Origin: Lama glama
Taxonomy: Eukaryota
Reading direction: 5' to 3'
DNA length: 64,000 nt
Assembly: GCA_028534125.1 (NCBI GenBank)
Contig: CM052816.1
Span: 6,884,001 to 6,948,000, forward strand
The notes beneath the pieces were generated by a model that was not told where the DNA came from, searched no databases, and saw nothing but the letters and a program-made list of their open reading frames with translations. Shown here piece by piece: positions 13,282 to 26,884 of the stretch; the stretch's first letter is position 1; every line of letters starts with the position of its first letter. The position numbers and the translations under genes are program-made.

Positions 13282-13468
13282 CTCATCTGTTCTACTCTGT
13301 GAAGTGGGAAGACCCTGGTGTACTGTGAAGCTGAATTAGGAGGTTTCTGTGCCACAAGTGAAACAGCCAAGGAGAAAATTAAAAGCTCCATGACATATCC
13401 AGGCATTATAACTGATCACAGGTAGATGCAGGGAACCCCTGCCAGTTGCAATCTTCAACAAACTTTGA
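13282..13468 (-). other. Candidate exon (187 nt) of an unidentified minus-strand gene
   Basis: Minus strand: acceptor 'tttgtttgtatttcag' and donor 'GAG|gtaata'. Sequence does not resemble a repeat. Contains an ATG-initiated frame open to the donor. Confidence 0.35.
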
Positions 13469-13994
13469 CTGAAATACAAACAAAGTGGATTTTCTCACCT
13501 TTAGTTTTTAATAAAAAAAAACTGAGGAAAGATGATGAATGTTAAGGCAATCACAGTAGAAGATGTATTATCTTCTATTGTTCTCTGCTCAGATATATAG
13601 CTATTTCAGAAAAAGAGAACTGGTTACAAGGTAGATTTCATTTGTTTCGGATAAAGAACAATGTGACATTTTTGACGATGTACTGTAAAATATGGCACAT
13701 TTTTTAAACAAAGTGAGATATAATAAAAATGAAATATAAGATTTTAGGGAAAAGTTATGATTAGAAACGAGCTCATAGTTCTTTTTGGAGCACCCATAAT
13801 ATTTAGGAAAACCATCTCCATACCCTGGCATCAAATATAAGTAAGATAATGACAAATATAATTAAATAACTATTTGGGGGTTTATTTAACATTTGGAGTC
13901 TGTGACTCCAGTACCTGGAAGAGACACGGCCAGCCCCAAGCAGAGACACAAAGCCTAAGAGGGACAGCAATTCACACCCTTAACTTCCCCTCTG

Positions 13995-14185
13995 GTGGTT
14001 AAAAGATGGAGTCTGGAGCCAGACAACCTGGGTGCAAATCCCATGACTGCTGTTTACCAACTCTATGACCTTGAGCATAATTTTAATTTCTCCATCTGTA
14101 AAGCAGGGATAAATAGTAGTGGCTTCATCATAATTGTGTTATGACAATCCTATGCCTGGCATATAATAAATCCTGAATAAATATT
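13995..14185 (+). mobile_element. MIR SINE
   Basis: 'gtggttaaaagatggagtctggagccagacaacctgggtgcaaatccc...tgaccttgagc'. Confidence 0.8.
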
Positions 14186-14724
14186 TGCAGACACCCACCA
14201 GGTCATAGCTTCCTCCTCTTCCTCCTTCTCATAGCCAACCCTGAAACTCCCTCTGCTTCATCCTCAGCTCCATGAGAACTGTGGAAGCCAGAGCAACCAT
14301 GCCTGTGACATAAATTAAAGGCAGATGATCTCCCTTCACTGACTCGTCCTCATAAATCAGCACAGCTCCCTGCACAGAAACAAATTCAGATTCCATATGT
14401 GTTCTCCCGTCTCCCTCTACCCAGTGAAAGATGACTTCTCAAGTCAAAGTTCGGAGCAGAAAAGAACTTTGAGAGATGACCTAGTTCAGCCCCCTTTATC
14501 AGTTAGGAAAGCTGAGGCCCAAAGAGGAAGTGAGAATTTCCCAGTTAGGAACTGAGGATTGCCAGGTGCAGGCAGAGACAAAAGCACACCCAGAAACTCT
14601 AACTCCCAATCCCAATCCAGAGTCGTTTTTACTCAGTGGTGTAACAAAGGACAGACAGTGGGAGAAACTGGTCCCAGGTATGGACAGTAAGGATGTGCAC
14701 TGTCTGTAGAGAATGTAAAACAGT

Positions 14725-14992
14725 ACTTTTTATTGATGTATACTTGATTTACAATACTGTGTTAGTTTCAGGTGTATAGCATAGTGATTCAGCATTTTTG
14801 CAGATTATGTTCCATTAGAGTTTATCACAAGATAATGAGTATAATTCCCTGTGGTATACAGACTATCCTTGTTGCTTATATATTTTATATACCATAGGAT
14901 GTACCTGTTAATCCCACACCCCTAATCTGTCCCTTCCCCATTCCCCTCCCCTTTGGTAACCACAAGCTTGTTTTCTCTATCTGTGAGTCTGA
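14725..14992 (-). mobile_element. L1 3' end, antisense
   Basis: 'ttgatttacaatactgtgttagtttcaggtgtatagcatagtgattcag...tttggtaaccacaag..tctatctgtgagtctg'. Confidence 0.9.
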
Positions 14993-15327
14993 AAAATAAT
15001 AATTTTTAAAGTGACCAGAACTCAATCTATTTTTGTCATTGCCATGTGTTTCTAATTCTAAACAATGCCAGTGATAAAATACACATCCCTCTCCCCTGCA
15101 AAAAAAAAAATTTTTGCTCTAAGTTCTAAACAATTGCTGGGGTTATTGCTGATTTCTGATAGCATGTAAGTTTGAAATATGTGGGCTCAGCTTCACCCCC
15201 TAATTTTAAGAGTAAGTGTCCGACAGTTTGAAATCATTTGAGCCCCCTTCAGTCAGAGTTGCTGTCTCCACCCTCTCTGTTGTACTACATATTCCTGTGT
15301 TTAAGAAAGAGATATGGAATAAATAAG

Positions 15328-15440
15328 AGGTTGACACACTGTAACTGACTGTACCTCAAGTTAAATAAATGAATGAATGAATAAATAAATAAATAAATAA
15401 ACAAATAAATAATTTTTTTTTAAAAGAAGGAAAAAAAAAA
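15328..15440 (+). mobile_element. Very short young L1 3' tip with an (AAAT)n tail
   Basis: 'ttgacacactgtaactgactgtacctcaa' followed by an A-rich tail. Confidence 0.7.
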
Positions 15441-16279
15441 CTTGAGATAATTCTGTTTTGTCATTCTATGTGACCACCTGAAGTTTCTATCTGGATTTAA
15501 AATTCAAAACAGTGAAACACTGAAAAGAACAAAATGTAATTTTTGTCTGGTAAATGAAAAGTTTAAGTTTAGATGTGAAATACTCTATCGAGTTTGAGTA
15601 ATACCATTAAAAATAAGATTCTTCTCTTTTGTGTGTCAGTTGTCTTAAAACCAAAGATTGAATCAAGAAAACAATCATTATTTCTGATCATTACATAGTT
15701 ACTACTAAAAATAACTGTTATCTAATGGCAGGGGCGGTGTTCAGCGATCTTCCCCAAGGGTCAAACATACTCAGGGCACCACAGTTTTTGTTCCATGACG
15801 AAGACTAGGGACATCCTTCTTACCCACTCCTGACATTCCTTCCCTTTGGAGCAGCCTTCATTATTGAAAAATTCCTTTCCTCACACTTCTTTTTCTTCAT
15901 CCCAGTCCCCACCCCCAGCAGGAGGGGTGGTTTATCTGAAAAAGAATTTGAGGAGAAGGTATAGGAAGCTCTAACTTTTCTCTCTTCCTTATTGGGAGCC
16001 AGGCAACCTGCAGGGAGCTCATCTGCACCCTCTTGGCAGTGGTGCATACAGGGGTAGGTTCCCTAGATGTGGGCGAGCGCTGGCCAGCATGTGTTAGTCA
16101 GGCTCTGTAAGTCTGTCTGCAAGACGATATCCTCCAGTGTCAGCTTTCCAACGATAAAGGTGATGTTTTGGCTTCCCATTTGATTTACTCCTGTATCTTA
16201 TTTCGTAACTGATGCAGAACAAGCAGGGAAAAGGACTGCTACTTATTGGACCCCCTGCAATACTCCACCCATCAAAGCG

Positions 16280-16545
16280 ACGATAATGATACTAACAAGA
16301 GCATTATTTTTAAGCTATACTGTTCTGAACATTCGCTGTGTCAGGCGCCATGATGAATTTAAATGCATTATCTTACTGAATCTTCCTGACACATTTATGA
16401 GGCAGGTTCTATTGTTATCTCTATATTAGAGATGAGAAAATGAAGATATAGCGAGTAATAAACATGCCCATCATCATACAAGTAGCAAAGGATGGCAGAG
16501 GACTTGAACTTGGGTCAATGATTCAGGACCCAAACACTTAACCGC
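16280..16545 (-). mobile_element. MIR SINE
   Basis: 'atgaggcaggttctattgttatctctatattagagatgagaaaatgaag'. Confidence 0.75.
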
Positions 16546-18046
16546 TGTGCTACTTTGCTTAATGCTGGGAGAAATCCATTTATGGGCCCTACTTATTAGA
16601 TTTAAACTCAGAACTGATGCACTCTTTCCAGGATTACTTGGGCCTCCAACTACCAAGGATGGAAAAAAGGTATGTGTTCTCTCACCTCTGTTCTGTTGAT
16701 TTGCTCTCCCTCACCTCGCCCCAAGTGAGAAGTCAGGGAGATTTAATTTGGAGATGTGCTTTACACTGTGAACACAGAGCAGAGCAGCCTGGTCCTGCCC
16801 AGCTCCGTGGCCCTACCTTTGCCAGTCATCTCATCTTGAAGTCTTGCTTTCCAACTTGGCTGGGCAAGCCCCTGCCCCAAGATTGCCAGCTACAGCGGCT
16901 TCAGGCTGATGGGCCAGGAAAGCAAGCATTGCTATAAGCTAACAAGCTTAGTTCTTGCCAAGACATCTTGGCAGGGCCAGTTACCATGTCTGTGGTGCAA
17001 TTTCAGGAGCACTGGAATATCCCAATCTCTACCCAAAACATACCTCTCTTCCCATCCCCAACTGGTCTGTCATTGGGCCTGAACTTCCACCATTATATAA
17101 ATGTATCCCTTTGACTTAAAGCATCACCCCCCATGACAAGCTAAACACTCATGAAAAGAAAAGTAACACACTCAGCCTTCAGTTCTTCAGGTAGAGCTGG
17201 GGTATGCAAACACCCACTTCGAAGAGTTGATATATGAACTAAAAGAGACAATCCGTGTAGTAGACTTATCAGAGTGCCCGGTATAAAACATATACCCAAA
17301 AAATATTAGCAGTTACATCACCATCACCATCACAAAATCTGAGTATGTTCATTGTATGATTTCTTTGTTCAAAGGTTTAGAAATGGAACCTAAGACTGAT
17401 TCCAAGAGACAGTCGGTACACTTGGGAATCAGAAACTTCAATTCTGACTGACCTGGCCATTAACCCTGTGTCTGGAAATGTCCTTGATATTCTCTGAGCC
17501 TTCTAAATTATCTTCATTATTCTCATTATCAACCTAAAAATACCTTTATTTCTATGGCATATTTCGATTCACAAGCCCATTCGTACTCTCTGTCTCATTT
17601 GAGCTTCCCAAATGAATCTAGAGTTAGGCAAGGGCAAATGTGGAATTTGAGAATCCAGGTGTGTAAGTAAACTCCCCAAGGTCAAGGAGCTAGTAGCTAG
17701 CAGAACCAGTGTGACTTCCATGCCTCCAGGAGACGTCGCCCAGCCTCTGGTCCGAGAGTGGTTTGCCAACATCAAAGCTAGAGATCAGAGATGAAGGAGC
17801 CTTCTGAAGTCACTGGTTCAGTGACAGCTAGCACCTAGCTCACAGGACCCAATTCCCCACCCCACACCTATGGCAATATCACTAATGATTACAACAAGTC
17901 CATAAAGACTTCTCAACACTGTGCTCTAAGAAGTTCAATCAAAGCTGCACATGGAACAAATTCATTGTTTTCTCCCATCTAGAGCAGAAGTGGGCAAACA
18001 ACAGCCCATATATGTGGCCAGCTTGTGAGTTCCTACCATCTCCTAG

Positions 18047-18205
18047 TCTGTGCTTCTCAGACTTTAATACACTGACGAATCACCTTGGCATCTTGTTAAA
18101 ATGCAGATTCTCGGTCAGTAGGTCCAGGTTAGGGCCCAAGATGCCACATTTCTACTAAGCTCCAGGGTGTTGCCACTGCTATCAGTCCAGGGACCACACT
18201 CTTGG
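18047..18205 (+). mobile_element. MER5-like hAT-Charlie MITE
   Basis: 'tcttgttaaaatgcagattctcggtcagtaggtccagg...ggaccacact'. Confidence 0.8.
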
Positions 18206-18422
18206 GGACACATTCCTAGGTGATGTGACGGAGATGCCCCACCTCTCTGTCTGTGTGAGCCTCAGACAGCAACTCACCTCTCAGGAACATCGATCCTGTC
18301 CCAGGGCTGCCGTCAACGTCTACCAAATACCACGTTCCCTGGAGCACGCGTGTGCCAGAGAGAAGAGCAGGACAGAGTACACAGTGTGACATTCTCCTCC
18401 TGGTCCTAGAGCTGTACCCCTT

Positions 18423-18453
<31 letters not shown>
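18423..18453 (+). repeat. (CA)n microsatellite
   Basis: Read directly from sequence. Confidence 0.95.
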
Positions 18454-21400
18454 CTCAGCATTTCTGGGGGCTCTTGGGGCAGTTGCGTGCTGCAGTGGAT
18501 AGCACGCACCCTGAGAATCCAGACTCCTGAGTTCTAGCCTTACCTCAACAACTTTCATTCTGTAATCTTGGTCAAACCACGCCAGGTTGTTTCCATCCTC
18601 TTAAAGGACCCTACTGAGAAGAGAGCACTGTGCAAATGCCAACTCACTACCTGGCCCCAAGATCTGCTTTCTTTCTTGGGCAGTTTGGGGACACAAAGTT
18701 AAAAGGTGTGGCTGTGGGCACTTATGGGTTCCCCACCAGGTTTGCGGTGAGAAGTGACAGAAATGCAGTAAGACGCATAGACTGTCACTGCTTGAAGGAC
18801 CTCAGCACCAAGCCAACCCAACCTCTTCATCAAACCTCATGTTCCTCCTTATTTGTCTGTTGATCTTGTTCAAAACAAAGAAATTCAAACACCGTTGCCC
18901 TGGAACCTCAAGCAATGCTTAGTAATTAAATGATACTTAGAGACTGCAAACAATCCTACAAACTATAGCTGTATTTTAATGACTCTGAAGTAAAACACTT
19001 TAGGGAAAAAAACAGAAAGGCTTTCCCCTTCTAACCTGACAGCATCCTCTCCTGGACGGTACTGTCCTTGCTGTGAAGGGAGAAGAATTAAGGCTGGAGC
19101 AGGCAGAACTGGCCGAAAGTCAGGAGACATGGGCTCCTGTCCAGCTCCGGCAGCCCCAGGCAAGTGGCTTTCTGAAGTAAATTGTCAGTTTTCTCATCTG
19201 TCAAATGGGGATAATAATAACAGCAAACACGAACTGCATACTTAACATATGCCAGGCACCACTACTTGTATTATTAAATCCTCACCAAATCCCCAAGCTA
19301 TATGTACTATTATATCTGACATACATGAGAAAAGCAAAACTCGGAGAGATTTAATACCATAGCACGTTCCCCATAACTAGTTGGTCCTCTTGACTTCAAA
19401 CTTTTGCTCTTATCTTCTACACTAGATCATCTCTCACTGTCCTGCACCTCTCAGATTTCTATGAGATTCAAATAAGATAGGAATATGAAATGACTTTTCA
19501 CCTCTAAGTGTTGCATCTATATTGCTGTCATTGTTAAGCCACAGTTATGAATGCCAAGTGGATAAATTTCAGGCACCAGAGTAGGTGGGAATACGCAGAG
19601 AGGAACTGGGGTTCTTCTTAGAGTCTTGAACATAACCCACCCTTGATTCCACTTTTCTGTAATCTGCCTGTGATACCCATCTCTTTTCTTTCAGAGACTC
19701 TACCGCTCAAGACATATTCCACGTGTCTAATTAACCCCCTCACTTTAGAAATTCCCTGGGGTCACTCAGGGCTAATCTCCCCCCACATTTTCACCTCTGG
19801 TTTTGGGTCTTCTTCTCATAGATGCATAATGAGAACTAGAAGGGAGGGGGAGTTGAAGTTTCCCTCTTTGCCAAGTGAGCTGCTTTTAACTCAATTCTCC
19901 TGTCACCCAGTCTTTCATTATAGTTTTGGATTTGGGCAGCCTCTCGCCATGGTTACACAATCTTCTGATTAAATTCTGCCAGCCAGCTCCAGTTTCAGAA
20001 AGTGAATGAATAAATAAACTGCTGCACTAAACCGAATGAGGAGACATAAGCCTTGGGTCCAGAGAGAATGCTCTGAATGCTAAGACATTCAGGACCATAT
20101 TAAAAGAAGCATAGAAGTCTGAATAAGGGAGGAGAGATGAATGGCTTTATTCTAGTTGGACTGCATTTAAGAAATAAATACTGATAAAAACAAAATGTGC
20201 CTAGAACTTGGAAGTAGAGCAGATGACTAAGTAGGGGGTACTGGGCGAGTCCCTTTCCTTTTCTGAGACTCTGTTTCCTTAGTTGCCAAATGGCCTAATC
20301 TTATTAACTAGTCATTGTTAAGTACTTACTAAGTGCCAGGCAGTGTGTCAAGTACTTTAAAAGTTAACATGTCATATACAGATTGGTTGAAAGAACAGAA
20401 GATTTTAGCCCAAGGAGCAGCAGTTTGTGAAGGAAAAGTAAACTGACTTTAAACATTTGCTATAATATGAAACAAATACAAAGTTAATTTTGTGTCCCAT
20501 TGGGCTTTTGAGTTGAAAGAACACAATGTTTCCTGTTAGACTTACAGGGTGGGTACTGGATGTCTTTGATATTGGAAGATTTACTAAGCCTTTTTGCCTC
20601 AGTTTTCTGGGCTGCAGAATGGGGATAATACCACCTACTTCATAATTACAGAGAGCATAAATAATGTAGGCAAATGATATTAAGTACATAACACACACAA
20701 GGGTCCAAAAAAATGTTTGTTCCTTCTTTATCCACAGAGAATGAGAAATAAAGGACAATTACTCTGTACCATGGCCTTGACCAAAGAAAGACCCAGATAG
20801 CCCAGGGATCTCTTCCCATTACTTAAGTGCAACCTTCACCCTGGCTACAAGCATTGCATATCCACATGCATTTATGCTGTGGACATGCTCCAAATTTAAT
20901 TATCAGGATTCTCTAACTGAGGAGGGTGTAAAGAAAATCCATTCATTCCATCAAAATAAATGATAGAGTCTTCTTGTCCCTTACATCTATATCTGATAGC
21001 TCTTAAACTCCAAGTAAGCAGGCGAATTTACAGCCCATAAGCTCCCTGAAGGCAGGGATCATACTCATCTCATTTACCCCAGGAATACCAGGAAGAGCAC
21101 ATGGCACATTGCAGATGCTCCATAGGTAAGTCCCTGGTAGACTGACTGACAGTTCCATTTCTCTGTCACTTACTTTATTTTTCACTTGGGTGTACTTTCT
21201 CCCCACCCCTCCACTGCCCCCTCTCCAAGAACACAAACTCTTCCAGAGTAGCGGATGACATTTATCCAATTTCCTTCATTTTAAACATGCTAATGCTCCC
21301 AAATCTGTACCTCCAGCCTGGATCTCACCCATGAGCTCTAGACTCATATAGGGGTTTAATCCAAATAAACAAATAAACAAACAAACATACAAACCTTGAA

Positions 21401-21789
21401 GATGCCTCCAAAAGAACTCTTCATCCACCCTCAAATAAATAAATAATGAATAAAAGCCTGCCCTCCCTTCAATCTTCCCTCATCTCTCCAATTATTTAGG
21501 TTAAAAAAATCTAAGACTCACACTTGGTTCCTCATCATCAATCTGCATTCAATTTTTCAGCAAGTCTTATCAGCTCTTCTGAAATATATCCCAAGTCTGT
21601 CCATCTCTTAGCAGTTCGTCTTGAAGCATCTTAGAATAATCTACCGTCATCTTGCTCCTTCACTACCACAATAGCCACTAAGGGATGTTACTTCCTTCCA
21701 CTCTTCCCCACAGTCCACTTGTCTTGCAACAGCTAGTCTTTGTAAAAAACATCACATCACTCCCCTCTCATTCATCTCACAGTCAGCAC

Positions 21790-22870
21790 TTAATGGTGTC
21801 CTATTTGAGTTGTTAGGAATATAGTAATAGGGAACAAACTGAACAAACATGCCGGCTCTTGGGAGCTTACATCCTACTTAGGGAGGCAGACAATAAACAA
21901 ATAATGGCAAGTGTTAGGGGTGCAGTTTTCATACGGGGAGCCTCACGGAGAAGGTAGCATCTGAGCAAAGAACTGGGCAAGTGAGAGAATAAGCCATGTG
22001 GACATCTGGAGAAAGCACTCCAGACTGAGGGAACAGCTAGGGCAAAGGTCCAGAAGCAGGAGCAGGCCTGGTATGTTCCAGAAACAAGTGAGAGAAGCCA
22101 GTGGGGCTGAAGCAGAGTAAGCAGGAATGGGAGCAATGGGAAGTGAGTTCAGGAAGGGAGTAGGAGACCAGGTAATGCAGGACCATGTGGCCATCATGAG
22201 GACTTTGGCCTTTCCCCAAGGTGAGATGGGGAGAACTTAGAGAGTACTGACCTAATTTACATGACCTAATTTACATTTTTAAAGGTACACTCTGGTTGCT
22301 ATGATGAGAATACAGTAAAGAAAGTTAAAGCAGGAAGATCAGGTAAAAAAGTTAGTTCAAGAGATGAACTAACGGGTTTGAACTAAGGGGTAGCAATGTA
22401 TATAATGATGAGCAATCAGATCCTAGACAGAATTTGAAGGCAGAACCACCAGAGTTTGCTAACAGAGTGGATATCTGGGGGCTGGGGCATCAAAGATGAC
22501 CCCAGCTATTTGACCCAAGAAACTGGACAGGTGAATTCATTTTTCCCAGAGTCAGAGGAAACTATGAGTGAAGCACACTTGTGGGACAGAAGATCAGGAA
22601 TTCGGATTTGCATGTTTTTTAGTCTGAGTTCACTTTAAGACATGGAAGTGGAGGCAGTGAGTAGGCAATTACATATACAAGTCTGTAGTGCAGAGGAGAG
22701 GTCTGCTCCACAGGTATAAAACCAGGGGTAGAAAGATAACATGGATGGTTCTTTAAGTCAAGGAGCTAGATGAGATCTCCTAGAGAGCAAGCCTGTATAG
22801 AAAGAGGAGAGAAGGGTTCACAGACTGGACCCTAGGATACTCCAAAGTTAAGAGATGTAAAAGAAAAGGA
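21790..22870 (-). mobile_element. L2 fragment, about 1 kb
   Basis: 'gggagcttacatcctac', 'gggaacagctagggcaaaggtccagaagcagga' and 'gaggcagtgagtaggcaatt' are antisense L2 motifs. Confidence 0.85.
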
Positions 22871-22949
22871 AGAATCAGTCAGATAAAAGATGGATGACTT
22901 TCCACAGCATAAAAAAACAATGGAAACTCCTTGTCTACAGCCTTAGGTG

Positions 22950-23440
22950 ATCCAACCCAGTCTCTCTCCTCTACTCACTACACACCAGCCACACTGGACT
23001 TCATTTTGTTCCTAAAATAAGTGGAACTCGTTCTTCCTTCAAAGGTTTGGACTTGTCTGGGAAGATCTTCTAGATTTTCCAGCTGACTTCCACTTGTTAC
23101 TCAATTTCTGGAGCTTTTATATTGCTCCCATGAAAAGGCATTCCCTCACCGACTCCTACTCAGTCCACACTGTCCTTTATCTTGGTTTACTTTCCTTCCT
23201 TTTCTTCCCTACTTCCCTTCCCTCCTTTCCTTCCTTCCATTTATCTATCATCTATCTATAATTTTATTCATGGCACTTATCACTATCTTAAATGTTCTTA
23301 TTTCCTTACATTTCTATTGTCTATACCACCCCCACAACTCAATGAGGGTAAAGATTGGGTTTCTCCTCATAGATGTATCCCCATCATCTAGATTGAAACA
23401 CATCATCTAGCAAGTGCTCAACACAAACTTATAGGATGAC
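22950..23440 (+). mobile_element. L2 3' fragment
   Basis: 'cacaccagccacactggacttc..tgttcctaaaa' and a tail 'agtgctcaacacaaact'. Confidence 0.65.
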
Positions 23441-24769
23441 AGAGAGGTGTAGTAAGCTCCCCAAGCTCACCCAGAGAGCTAGTGACAGAAACAAGGCTAG
23501 AGCCCAGATTTTGTAACCCTAAACTCAAGATTGGTTATTATGTGTCCCAGTTATTACAGGTGGATGAAAGGGTAGGCTGAATAAAACCATCCATGCTCAT
23601 TTTAAAATTATTGATTAACCAAATGTAACCCTCTTTCTCCTGGCTACTCTCTACAAACTCCATAAATTCATAACTTTAAGCATATGAAATCATTGACTAT
23701 CACTAGAAGGGAGCTTTTAGAAGACAAATCATAGCGTATTGAAGCTTAGATCAGAGAGGGACCATAATCATTTTTAATCCAACTTTCCCTTTCCACTATC
23801 ATCTCATGATATTGAAAGGTGTTTGGTCAATGGCCAAGAGAAAGAATAAAACTAATCTACGTATCTACCAGTTGCCTGGTGCCCTTCTGATGTCCCCTAG
23901 AGAAAGGATTTTTTTCATTTGTTCATTCATTTGACAAATATATATTGAACCAACCATTCTAGAAGCTGATGATCCAACAGTGAACAAAAAAGATAAGATT
24001 CTGATCTCAAATGTTTACATTCTGGGCAGAGAAACAAGACAATAAATAAGTAAATGGACAAAATAATGTCAGATGATGTTAGGTGGTGTGAAGAAAATAA
24101 AATAGCACAATGTGATACAGAGTATGCAGCTGGCCAAGACAGCAGCGGACTTTGGGGGAAATTTAGATGACTGTTTCCTACTTTGGTTTCTGGCTTAGCA
24201 TCAAATCTAGACAGGTATTTATGGTTCTCTCCTTGGAATCATGCTCCATGTCTCCTCATGGGAAATCCTGGGACCCTTTTGCCCAACCTGACTCACTTCA
24301 CCAATAAGAAACCAAGCCTGAGTTCCAGCTCCCATCTGTGACCCAGTATGTCCCTAACTCCATTTAATGCCAAACCCCATTGCTCAGGGTACAATACATA
24401 TGAGGGCTAAGTCCATATGTTTGACTTTGTTATGTTATCCATTGAGCTATTTACTTACTCTTTACACACCTAACTGAACCTGAGGTTAGTTTGCCAAACG
24501 TCCTGGGCAGCACATTTGGCTGAGACCCAGACCAGCCAGGAAAACAGAAGGAGGCATTGACATCTCTGCTGTGTTGAAAGGCTTGTACATGCCCTGAGCA
24601 ACTACCTGCCTTGCCCAGAAAAGAAGGGTTGAGTATACTGGGACAGAGCAGGATGGGTTCCAGGGAGAATAAACTCAACTAATAGTGCTTCACCCCTTAA
24701 TAGCTCAGGCAACCCAGATCCAGAGTTCTTTACACATTTGTTAGACAAATTTTTAGGGAAGACTGTATC

Positions 24770-24975
24770 TATAAACATGGATTTGGACATTATATAATTC
24801 TGGGTTTGAAACCCAGCCCTGACAGTAATCAGCCAAGTGACCTTAGGCAATTCATTTAACTTTTTTAACCTCAGTTTTTCACCTGTGCAATGGGAATAAA
24901 ATATATACCTGTAAAATCTGTTGTGGGAGTAGAGTAAAACAACATATCAAAAGCACTTAAGAGTGTTAGGACACA
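24770..24975 (+). mobile_element. MIR SINE
   Basis: 'ctgggtttgaaacccagcc..gtgaccttaggcaattcatttaac..cctcagtttttcacctgtgcaatgggaataa'. Confidence 0.8.
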
Positions 24976-25751
24976 TGTGTCACCCAAGAGCTTAGACTTT
25001 TGGAGCTAAGAAGAAATTTACAGACTGTTTACTCCCACATCCTCACTCAACAGGTAGGAAACATGAGGCCCAGAGATGGGAAGGGATGAGTCACTGGGAG
25101 AGGCAGAGAACCTCCAGCTCCTGGATCCTACATGTCACAATGCCTATCTAGGGCTTATCCAAAAAGACAGAGAAGACCCAGCCTTGCATCTCCTGGCTCC
25201 AGCAGCACTACTATACAAGCAATCAGACTCTGCAAAGTCAGGTTGTGACTGTTTCATCAAACTTGTTATGTAATTTGAGGCAGGAAATGGTGCTGCCCTA
25301 CACCCAGATTCTCTACCTCCTGCAGAAATAGCAAGAGAGTATGGTGAGACTTGCCCCAAGATGGTGAGGTCTACTTGTGTGTGCTCTGTAAATTCGATTC
25401 AACCACATGATCTCTGCTACAAACCACCAAGATGACTCTGACTCCTATTCATCCAAGCATTCATGTACCGGCAGGCTCAGGGCCAACCACACAGTGAGCT
25501 GAATTCCCTCTACAGGAGAAGGTTTACAAAAAACCCAACACTACCAGAATTTATCTCTGAATTTCTGAGATACTAAGTAGCAACTTCTTTGGGCTACTGT
25601 GTGCATCTCAGCCTTCATATTGGCCCTCTGATTCAATTTCTAACTTTTGGTAGTTGTATATATACCTCTTCTATCCCTGTTCCCAAGTCAGAACATTCTC
25701 CAGAGACTCCCAGACCTAGATAAAGATGTTTAAAAGATAGTGAATCACAGA

Positions 25752-25794
25752 GATGATGATGATGACAATGACGATGATGGTGGTGGTGGTGGTG
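25752..25794 (+). repeat. (GAT)n/(GGT)n trinucleotide repeat
   Basis: Read directly from sequence. Confidence 0.85.
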
Positions 25795-25909
25795 TTGACA
25801 GTAGCTGATACCTAGTGATATGTTTTCTGAGCCAGGTACAGCACTCAGTACTAAGCATTACCTCATTTAATCCTCACTACAAGTCTAATGAAAAGGCATT
25901 GTTACTAAA

Positions 25910-26460
25910 TAAAATAGTTAAAACATGGAAACAATCTAAATGTCCAACACCAGATGACTGGATAAAGAAGTTGTGGTATATTCATATAATGGAATACTAC
26001 TCAGCTATGAAAAAGAATAAAATAATGTTATTTGCAGCAACATGGATGGATCTGGAGATCATCATTCTAAGTGAAATAAGCTAAAAAGAGAAGGAAAAAT
26101 ACCATATATCACTCCTGTGGAATCTTAAAAAAAAGACACTAATGAACTTATCTATAAAACAGAAACAAACTCACAGACGTAATAAACAGACTTTTGGTTA
26201 CCGGGGGGAAAGGGTGGGAAAGGATACACTGGGAGTTTGAGATTTGCAAATAATAACTACTATATATAAAATAGATTTTAAAAATTGGTAAAAAATAAAA
26301 TTGTTCAGTATAGTACAGGAAACTATATTCAATTATCTTTTGGTAACCTATAATGAAAAAGAATACAGAAAAGAATATATGAAACATTATTCTGTACACC
26401 AGAAATTGACACACTGTAACAGACTATACGTCAAGTGAAAAATAAAAACAAACAAAAAAC
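25910..26460 (+). mobile_element. Young L1 3' end inserted into an antisense MIR
   Basis: ORF 25815-26084 ends with L1 ORF2 C-terminal sequence (KQSKCPTPDDWIKKLWYIHIMEYYSAMKKN). MIR halves lie at about 25800-25905 and 26461-26590. Confidence 0.9.
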
Positions 26461-26884
26461 CCCTCTCATTTTGCAGATGAGGAACTTGAGACCCAGACTA
26501 GTTAAAGTAACTTACCCATGGTCATTAAGTGGTAAGACTAAGATCCCAACCCATTACACCTAAATCCAGACCCAGTCTTCTAATTGCCACTCTACATTTT
26601 GGGAAGAGCCTCAGAGAATTTAGTTAGACCAACCTTCTCATTTTATAGAAATAAAAACTGAGCCTCAGAAAAAAAGCAGATGATTCATTCACCCATGGAA
26701 TACTTACAGAGCCTCGCAGTGTGCCAGACACTACGTAAATGCCAGGGAACTATCAGTAAGGGAAATGCAGTCCCTGCCCTCAAGGAGTCTATAGACTGAC
26801 CGAGTTCATCTAACTGGTTAATGGCAAAGCCAAGACAACAACTCCAGTTTCCCAGTACTCCTCTTTCATTTTGCTAGGCAAGAG

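Larger units (their letters stand above)
14634..15785 (+). mobile_element. hAT DNA transposon (MER97-like) carrying two L1 insertions
   Basis: Starts 'cagtggtgtaac..'; also 'gtgcactgtctgtagagaat' and 'aattctaaacaatgccagtgataaaatac', which resemble the MER97 consensus. Confidence 0.65.

Noticed and set aside
22248..22275. Small tandem duplications (14-bp here; others near 49318-49352, 52655-52710 and 63945-63985)
   Set aside because: Ordinary slippage-type micro-duplications with no further structure.
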